Positions 58,095-64,000 of a stretch of DNA of 64,000 nt are shown here, piece after piece; within the stretch, counting starts at the first letter, position 1; the number at the start of each line of letters is the position of its first letter. The notes under the pieces are model-generated. The model was not told the DNA's origin. It did not search any database and saw only the letters and a program-made list of their open reading frames with translations. The stretch is from a virus (Duplodnaviria > Caudoviricetes). Location: the IMG/VR virus record IMGVR_UViG_3300027804_000038, positions 160,001 to 224,000 of that record; one strand, written 5' to 3'. The position numbers were made by a program, and so were the translations under genes.

Positions 58095-58849
58095 TTAAAG
58101 ATATTGTTAAAAATAAAAAAACAAATTTTAAAATGGATACAGATTGGATATTCACAGAGCCAATCGATTTAGAACATAAACAATATATGTTACTAGATTT
58201 CTTAAAATATTGTGATAAAAAAATTGATAAATTTGAACTTTACCCAATGTATACTGAATTATCAGTTCACCTTGCAAATTTACAATCAATTTCTAGTGAT
58301 TTTAAAATGATTTATTTTGAAAGAAAATTGGAAAACGTTGACGACGAAGTTTTATTATCTGATTTAAAATTTAGACCTATACAAATAACAAATGAGGAAG
58401 ATTTAATTGAATATGATAAGATTTTAAAATATTCAGGGCAAAAAATATTAGACTATTTTAATATAGTTAAAGCTTTGTGGACTTTGATATACGATACAGT
58501 ATCAATTAAAATAATTAAAAACGATAGAAACATTTCAGAACTTACTGGATATTTTTTTTATGAAAAAGAAGGTACTAAAAAAATTTGGAAATATATTATA
58601 GATAAGAAGGATAATCTTACAATTGATAATAAAGTTTACACTAGAGAATTGATTAATTTTAATAACAATGATTGTGTAGAATCGATAATATATAATTCTG
58701 AAAACGTTAAGAAATTACCAATTTTTGAATTAAAGGCAACTAATGAATTTCCGATGGAAAGTACATTGTTACCTATTTTCAAAAGGAAAGTTTTGAATTA
58801 TACTATACAAAAGGGCATCATAAAAAATCTGAGGAATGGGATTCAATAA
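58091..58849 (+). CDS. Hypothetical protein
   Basis: 252 aa; ATGA overlap with the upstream gene. Confidence 0.65.
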   Translation: MIKDIVKNKKTNFKMDTDWIFTEPIDLEHKQYMLLDFLKYCDKKIDKFELYPMYTELSVHLANLQSISSDFKMIYFERKLENVDDEVLLSDLKFRPIQITNEEDLIEYDKILKYSGQKILDYFNIVKALWTLIYDTVSIKIIKNDRNISELTGYFFYEKEGTKKIWKYIIDKKDNLTIDNKVYTRELINFNNNDCVESIIYNSENVKKLPIFELKATNEFPMESTLLPIFKRKVLNYTIQKGIIKNLRNGIQ

Positions 58850-59009
58850 AAAAATAGTTGGAGAACAAGAAATTATTTTTTTAACAGATAATCCTAGTGT
58901 TATTGAATTTTATTTAAAATGTGATGTTATTTTTTTTTCTAATGAAAAAGTACAAATAAAATTTAATAAAATAAAAGATGATTACATTAAGAGAACAAGT
59001 TTTAAATAA
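58836..59009 (+). CDS. Small hypothetical protein (57 aa), not in the ORF track
   Basis: MGFNKKIVGEQEIIFLTD...KRTSFK-stop fills the 58849-58978 gap. Confidence 0.5.
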   Translation: MGFNKKIVGEQEIIFLTDNPSVIEFYLKCDVIFFSNEKVQIKFNKIKDDYIKRTSFK

Positions 59010-59181
59010 GTTAAGAACTGAAATTCACGTATCATTTATAAGTGAAGTTATTTTAAAATTACCTATGGATAAAACAATTGAACTTATGGAAGATTTAGTT
59101 TCCGATGGTTTTATTGATAATTTGGGAAATGGTTACTACATTTTAAAAAAAAATAAAAATGGAAAAATTCAAAACATTTGA
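58978..59181 (+). CDS. Small hypothetical protein, possibly winged-helix
   Basis: 67 aa ending LVSDGFIDNLGNGYYIL. Confidence 0.5.
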   Translation: MITLREQVLNKLRTEIHVSFISEVILKLPMDKTIELMEDLVSDGFIDNLGNGYYILKKNKNGKIQNI

Positions 59182-59566
59182 ACCCTTAAAGTCTAATAGA
59201 TGGATAATCTCATTTAACGATGAGGTAAAAGTACCTCCATACCAGTTCAGTAAGTATAAACTTAAAAACGAAGGAGAAAATCTTATATTAACAACATCAA
59301 TGTATAACACTGTTGTTTATTCTTTTAATCCTGCTGACCTATATAAAATAACCGATGTTAAGATTGAATATTTAGACCCAATCGGTGAAGTGGTTAATGG
59401 GTTGTTGTTACCTGTTAAAGGTTCAAATCTTGAGATTAAATGTTCATATAAAGATGATAATCTTATGTTTACAAAATTAAGATTTGTTATCGATACTAGC
59501 AAGATGACACCAATCTATAAAAATACAATTGAAACAAATTATGATGGAACAGAAGGAAATGGTTAA
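59159..59566 (+). CDS. Divergent tail-tube-like protein
   Basis: FEPLKSNRWIISF and KIEYLDPIGEVV recall the EPK..NRF and L..LDP.G.VV motifs of T4 gp19-like tube proteins. Confidence 0.4.
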   Translation: MEKFKTFEPLKSNRWIISFNDEVKVPPYQFSKYKLKNEGENLILTTSMYNTVVYSFNPADLYKITDVKIEYLDPIGEVVNGLLLPVKGSNLEIKCSYKDDNLMFTKLRFVIDTSKMTPIYKNTIETNYDGTEGNG

Positions 59567-59780
59567 TAACCCAGAACATTATGGGGGTGCGGAAAATGTT
59601 TATGAAGTTGTTAAAGTTTGTGAGGCGTGGGGGTTAGATAAGGATGCGTACCTTTTTAATGTTGTTAAGTATATTGGAAGGGCGGGTAAAAAAGAATCAG
59701 ACAAAGAATTACAGGATTTGAAGAAAGCCGCTTGGTACCTTAATAGAAGAATCGAAAACATAGAAAAATTATTAAAATGA
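59529..59780 (+). CDS. DUF3310-like protein
   Basis: VNNPEHY...FNVVKYIGRAGKK...QDLKKAAWYL. Confidence 0.8.
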   Translation: MKQIMMEQKEMVNNPEHYGGAENVYEVVKVCEAWGLDKDAYLFNVVKYIGRAGKKESDKELQDLKKAAWYLNRRIENIEKLLK

Positions 59781-59944
59781 TAACATTTATTGTTAGTTAT
59801 GTTTTATCATCATTAATTTTATTCTCTTTAATTTTATTAGGTGAATACTATTCAAACAAAAAACCAAATAGTAAATTTAATATTTGGTGGAACAAACACA
59901 TAATTACGAAAATATCTAAAGAAGAGGAAGATTATTATGATTGA
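59777..59944 (+). CDS. Small membrane protein (55 aa), not in the ORF track
   Basis: MITFIVSYVLSSLILFSLILLGEYY...; overlaps both neighbours. Confidence 0.55.
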   Translation: MITFIVSYVLSSLILFSLILLGEYYSNKKPNSKFNIWWNKHIITKISKEEEDYYD

Positions 59945-60806
59945 AAATTACGTAAATAGAGTAATCAACGGGGATTGTATTGAGGTTATGGGTAACATGC
60001 CAGAATCATCAGTTGATTTGATTGTTACATCACCTCCATACGGAGTAAACATTAATTATGATGTTCATGATGATGATATGGAAATAAATGAGTATTTGGA
60101 TTTTACTCGTAAATGGATGACTAATGCTTATAAAATCTTGAAAGACGATGGACGAATTGCTTTAAACATACCATATGAAATAAACAGACAAGAAAAAGGT
60201 GGTAGAATTTTTTTGGTATCTGAAGTATATCAGGTTATGAAGGAAATTGGGTTTAAGTTCTTTGGTGTTGTTGATTTAGAAGAAGATAGTCCTCACAGAA
60301 GTAAAACAACTGCTTGGGGTAGTTGGATGAGCCCGTCTAGCCCTTACATATATAATCCTAAAGAATGTGTAATACTTGCATACAAGAAAAACCACATTAA
60401 AAAAGTTAAAGGAGTGCCACAATGGAATGGAGTTCCAACTAAAATTGAACAAGAAGATGGAACATTCAAGACAAAGGTAGTTTATCAGGAAAAAGACAAA
60501 AAAGAATTTATGGAACTTGTGTTCGGACAGTGGAAATACTTAAACGACTCAAGACCAATGACAAAAGCAACATTTTCAATGGATATCCCAACTAAGGCTA
60601 TTAAGATATTGTCATACAAGAATGATATTATATTAGACCCATTTAATGGGAGTGGGACCAGCTGCGTAGCTGCTGAAACACTTGACCGAAGATGGATTGG
60701 AATTGAGTTATCACCAAACTACACTGAAATTTCAAGGCAAAGAATACAAGCATTTGTTGACCAAAAAAAACAACAAAAAATTGAATTTGAAACTGGAGGT
60801 AATTAA
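59937..60806 (+). CDS. DNA methyltransferase, N4/N6 (beta class)
   Basis: GDCIEVM, catalytic IVTSPPY preceding the SAM-binding ILDPFNGSGT, and WIGIEL. Confidence 0.88.
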   Translation: MIENYVNRVINGDCIEVMGNMPESSVDLIVTSPPYGVNINYDVHDDDMEINEYLDFTRKWMTNAYKILKDDGRIALNIPYEINRQEKGGRIFLVSEVYQVMKEIGFKFFGVVDLEEDSPHRSKTTAWGSWMSPSSPYIYNPKECVILAYKKNHIKKVKGVPQWNGVPTKIEQEDGTFKTKVVYQEKDKKEFMELVFGQWKYLNDSRPMTKATFSMDIPTKAIKILSYKNDIILDPFNGSGTSCVAAETLDRRWIGIELSPNYTEISRQRIQAFVDQKKQQKIEFETGGN

Positions 60807-60821
60807 CCTCCATTTTTTTTT
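60794..60821 (+). terminator. Rho-independent terminator
   Basis: TGGAGGT-AATTA-ACCTCCA followed by a T run; overlaps the methyltransferase stop. Confidence 0.8.
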
Positions 60822-60851
60822 AATATGATGGTATTTATTAAATAAAAGTTT

Positions 60852-61226
60852 ATGATGGATAATTCAGAAATAATTAAAAAATTAGTAGAATCACAAATAC
60901 AACTAAAATTCTTACACTGGCAAACAAAATCTTATGCTAAACACAAAGCTTATGGTGAGTTATATGAAAGTTTAGGAGAATTAATTGATGATTTTGTTGA
61001 GGCTTGTATGGGTAAACACGGAAGACCATCATACGAAGGTGGATATACCATACAGGGACAAGACATTTCTGAAATATCTGTTCAAAATTTTATCGACGGA
61101 GTTTGTATTTTCTTAATACAATTAACTGAAGTATTTGACCCACAAGAGGATTCAGACCTTTTAAATTTGAGAGATGAAATGTTACATGGGTTCAATAAAT
61201 TAAAGTATCTCCTAACATTAGAATGA
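60852..61226 (+). CDS. Ferritin/Dps-like four-helix protein (DUF5856-like)
   Basis: LHWQTKSYAKHKAYGELY...IDDFVE; TATTTAT at 60832-38. Confidence 0.7.
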   Translation: MMDNSEIIKKLVESQIQLKFLHWQTKSYAKHKAYGELYESLGELIDDFVEACMGKHGRPSYEGGYTIQGQDISEISVQNFIDGVCIFLIQLTEVFDPQEDSDLLNLRDEMLHGFNKLKYLLTLE

Positions 61227-62626
61227 GAAAAATTATATCTGAATCAGGTATTAGAAATATAAGAGAGCTTTCTAACAGATATAAGAAGGCTAAAATTTAT
61301 TTTCACCAAGACCTAGATGGTGTCACTACCGCAATAGCCATGAGGGACTATTTAAAGTCAAACGGAATTGACGTGGTTGACGTGGAAGTTATTCAATATG
61401 GAGATAAGGAGTTCGCGGTTAAAAAAACTGATGCTAGAGGTGAAGTTATGCCAGTTTTAGTTGATTTTGCACATGGTAAACCAATGTTTATTATTCACAC
61501 TGACCATCATGATAGACAAGCTGGTGCGGAAGAAACTGGCTCAAAATCATTTAGACAAGCAAGGTCAAACGTTGAAACCTTGTCTCAAATAATACCCAAA
61601 AGTGACTTATTTCCACCTGAAGATGTTGCCACAATATCTATGGTTGATAGTGCTGATTATGCTAAAAGAAATATTACACCTGAGATTGTAATGAATTATA
61701 TCTTTAAATTTGATAAAGATAAATCTGCGGCTGATAATAGAATGATGTTAGGATTGGTTACTAATAAATTACTTTTGGCATTTAAAAACAAAAAAGGATT
61801 TTTAGAAGAATTAGTTATGGAGTGTGAACCTTCATTAATTTCATTATTTAGAAAAATTAAAGAAATAATGAATTTAAAAGGATTTCCTTCAGAAGATGTT
61901 TTAGAAAAAAACAAAGAAATTTATGTTTCTTCCATGAAAACACATCCTCAGGTTTCTGGTAATATCATTGTTCAGTATGGAGGTGGTAATATGATGAAAC
62001 CTGGTTCGTATGATAGATATACACCATTTAGAAATAATCCTGAAGCTGATTTCTTGGTAATCGCTTGGCCTCTTGGTTTGTTACAAGCCTCTTGTAATCC
62101 ATTTAAAAAAGAAAGAGAACTTAAAGGTGTTAACCTTGGTGAAATAGCTCAAGAAGTTTTATCTAAATGGGAATCACAATTAAAAGAAAAACAAATACCT
62201 TTGTCAACTATAAAGTGGGTTTCTGAGACTGCAACTAATGAAGAATCTGTTGGGTTCACATTCAAGGATTTTGCGGCAATTTATGGTGAAAAATATGTGA
62301 AAGATAAAGACGGTATTAAAAGTTTGATGGATATTAAATCTTTAATGGAAAAAAAATCATCAGATTTAACTGAAGATGAATGGACTGTTCTTGACCAATA
62401 CACGGTTCCTGTTTGGGATGTTATTCAGGCTAATTCTGGAGGACACAAATGTATTACCAATATTTCAGGACTTAATTACATTGGTAGGAGTAAAAGACCA
62501 CCAAAGGGTGGATATAGGTATGATGCGGAAAAAGAGGATTCTCCGTATATTAAATTTTTAAAAATGTTACAAAGAGACTTTGTTAAAAACCTTCAAGAAA
62601 AGATTGAATTATCAAAGAATCAGTAA
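61223..62626 (+). CDS. DHH-family phosphoesterase
   Basis: YFHQDLDG, VLVDF, TDHHD and a C-terminal SGGHK (DHHA1-like). Confidence 0.7.
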   Translation: MRKIISESGIRNIRELSNRYKKAKIYFHQDLDGVTTAIAMRDYLKSNGIDVVDVEVIQYGDKEFAVKKTDARGEVMPVLVDFAHGKPMFIIHTDHHDRQAGAEETGSKSFRQARSNVETLSQIIPKSDLFPPEDVATISMVDSADYAKRNITPEIVMNYIFKFDKDKSAADNRMMLGLVTNKLLLAFKNKKGFLEELVMECEPSLISLFRKIKEIMNLKGFPSEDVLEKNKEIYVSSMKTHPQVSGNIIVQYGGGNMMKPGSYDRYTPFRNNPEADFLVIAWPLGLLQASCNPFKKERELKGVNLGEIAQEVLSKWESQLKEKQIPLSTIKWVSETATNEESVGFTFKDFAAIYGEKYVKDKDGIKSLMDIKSLMEKKSSDLTEDEWTVLDQYTVPVWDVIQANSGGHKCITNISGLNYIGRSKRPPKGGYRYDAEKEDSPYIKFLKMLQRDFVKNLQEKIELSKNQ

Positions 62627-63149
62627 CAACCCAATTTTTAGTATACTCTATATTATTAACACAAAATTTGGCATAATTATTAATTTTAGGTGAACCTGTA
62701 TTATAAGCTCCACACGCTTTAGCCCAACTTTTGTATTTATCGTAATTTTTTGATAATATTTTCATTGACACCATTACATTAAGTTCTAAATCATACATTA
62801 AGTCTTTTCTAGTAACTTTACTACCAGCATAATAAGATGCGTATTTAGGGATAATCTGCATGGCTCCAACAGCCCCTGCTTTAGAAGATAAATAAGGATT
62901 ATATAATGTGTCTGATGGACCTTTATATCTGGTTTCTTTGAATGCAACATTATAAGCGATGTATTTTGGAACACAGAATGAATCAGAGTAAGTCTCAATT
63001 AGATAATATAATCTATATGATGGTTTAGAATTTGGATTTGCTCCAATTTCATAAAGTACATCTTTATCTATTTTTATAGGATATGGTATAATAAATGAAG
63101 ATGAAATAATAAATGATAGTAAAAGTAATAAAATTTTAATTTTGTTCAT
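62583..63149 (-). CDS. Lytic transglycosylase (SLT domain) with an N-terminal signal/anchor
   Basis: Catalytic KETRY, SKAGAVGAMQI, LELNV and AYNTG. Confidence 0.8.
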   Translation of the reverse strand: MNKIKILLLLLSFIISSSFIIPYPIKIDKDVLYEIGANPNSKPSYRLYYLIETYSDSFCVPKYIAYNVAFKETRYKGPSDTLYNPYLSSKAGAVGAMQIIPKYASYYAGSKVTRKDLMYDLELNVMVSMKILSKNYDKYKSWAKACGAYNTGSPKINNYAKFCVNNIEYTKNWVVTDSLIIQSFLEGF

Positions 63150-63167
63150 AATACTAAAATTAAAAAA

Positions 63168-63527
63168 TTATTTTGAAAGGTCAAATATAAAACTACATTT
63201 GTCTCCCATTTTAATACCTTCATTCTGACAACGACCACCCTCAATCTCTAATACATATTTACCGTATCCATTATAATTCTTACAAATTGGTGATTCACAC
63301 GGCTCGCAGTTATAATGTATTTCAGTTACTGTTAAATCACTATCAATAAAGATAATATCTAAAGGTATGATACAGTTCTTCATCCAAAAACTATGATACC
63401 CATTACCCATAAAGAATAACATACCATCAAATCCAATAAATTCTTTACCCATCATTCCTTCAGAAATTTCTTTGGGTGAATTACATACCTTAACTTTTAT
63501 ATTTTCATTTTTTATTCTTACAAACAT
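63168..63527 (-). CDS. DUF192 family protein
   Basis: GMM...DGMLFF...FWMKNCIIPLDIIFID...YVLEI; TATTTAT upstream (plus-strand 63536-42). Confidence 0.85.
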   Translation of the reverse strand: MFVRIKNENIKVKVCNSPKEISEGMMGKEFIGFDGMLFFMGNGYHSFWMKNCIIPLDIIFIDSDLTVTEIHYNCEPCESPICKNYNGYGKYVLEIEGGRCQNEGIKMGDKCSFIFDLSK

Positions 63528-63571
63528 AGTTAATGATAAATATTTTTTTTTTAAAAAAAATCAAATATTTA

Positions 63572-63919
63572 TTTGATACTACCAATTTCTTGCCGTAAGT
63601 TTGTAAAAGATTTGACACTTATAGGTGATGAAAGATACTCGGTAGTTAAATCAAAAAGTTCTTGTTTTATTTAGAAGATTGAAAATACTTCACGGGTGGC
63701 TCCCTTAATAGTTAAGGCTGACCTTAAACATCCACTCTAAAGTATACAGGGGGCGAAAGTGAAAAAAAATATTAATTTATTTGACAGATTGAAAAAAATG
63801 TCGTAAGTTTGTAAAAGATTTGAGATTAAGGTTCACAAAGTGGTAAAACGATGAAAGTTTCCAAATCTCAAAAAAGTTCACAAATAACTTGACAAATAGA
63901 AATAAATGTCGTAAATTTG
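63572..63919 (+). promoter_or_regulatory. Three tandem Bacteroidota sigmaA-type promoters
   Basis: TTTG 63572-75, N20, TAAGTTTG 63596-603; TTTG 63780-83, N20, TAAGTTTG 63804-11; TTG 63889-91, N20, TAAATTTG 63912-19. Each is followed by TAAAA. Confidence 0.75.
63689..63763 (+). ncRNA. Candidate pseudoknotted RNA element
   Basis: TTCAC/GTGAA, GGGTGG/CCACTC, TTAAGG-CTGA-CCTTAA, and a crossing pair CTCCCT/AGGGGG, in a GC-enriched non-coding stretch. Confidence 0.3.
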
Positions 63920-64000
63920 TAAAACAATTCGGAAATGTCCGAAACGTTCTTTGAAAAAATAGATTATCCATTCTCTGAGTAAGTCGTATTCCCGCCTTCG

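Noticed and set aside
63612-63655. Hammerhead ribozyme, fluoride riboswitch or C/D box suggested by GTGATGA
   Set aside because: The CUGAnGA...GAAA core, the fluoride pseudoknot pairing and a correctly placed D box are all missing.
1796-63971. Other short antisense or out-of-frame track ORFs nested in long genes (e.g. 9634..9933, 10870..11238, 21261..21602, 32642..33001, 50444..50851, 63777..63971)
   Set aside because: They are fully embedded in, or opposite to, well-supported genes or the promoter array, with no motifs or start context.
1-64000. Alternative genetic code (stop reassignment)
   Set aside because: Code 11 gives dense, full-length ORFs with intact domains, and TAA, TGA and TAG all end genes.

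Overview
This window is part of a large, AT-rich (about 30% GC by eye) tailed dsDNA phage genome. It is densely coding, uses genetic code 11, and contains no rRNA, tRNA or CRISPR array that I could find. The likely host is Bacteroidota, based on TTTG-N20-TAnnTTTG promoters, SprB-repeat proteins, a DUF6576-like tail, and an Hc1-like histone H1 gene missed by the ORF track. Layout: 1-23.9 kb virion tail, baseplate, fibre and adhesin-like genes interrupted by a RuvC-like resolvase; 23.9-32 kb primase, exonuclease, Mre11/Rad50 (SbcD/SbcC) and a sigma-70 factor; 32-39 kb a lysis-like trio, late genes and Hc1; 39-47 kb DnaJ plus a minus-strand operon in which tail-fibre genes run into sulfotransferase, APS kinase, HxGH nucleotidyltransferase, DUF2061 and a GT9 glycosyltransferase; 47-64 kb two DNA methyltransferases, LRR, PcfJ-like, thioredoxin/glutaredoxin, DHH phosphoesterase, lytic transglycosylase and DUF192 genes, ending in three tandem host-type promoters. 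Best leads: (1) a candidate PAPS-synthesis, sulfation and glycosylation module linked to tail fibres, possibly with a new minimal ATP sulfurylase; (2) genes that share a TATTTAT upstream motif and a T4-like (I/L)xE-ending leader, which may be packaged cargo proteins; (3) Cys-containing micro-ORFs with their own upstream motif and terminator; (4) a promoter- and terminator-bounded structured sRNA at about 48.3 kb; (5) apparent GATC avoidance. The ORF track gives the wrong strand for 20912..23656, which is on the minus strand. All family assignments come from motifs recognised by eye; no database searches were run.
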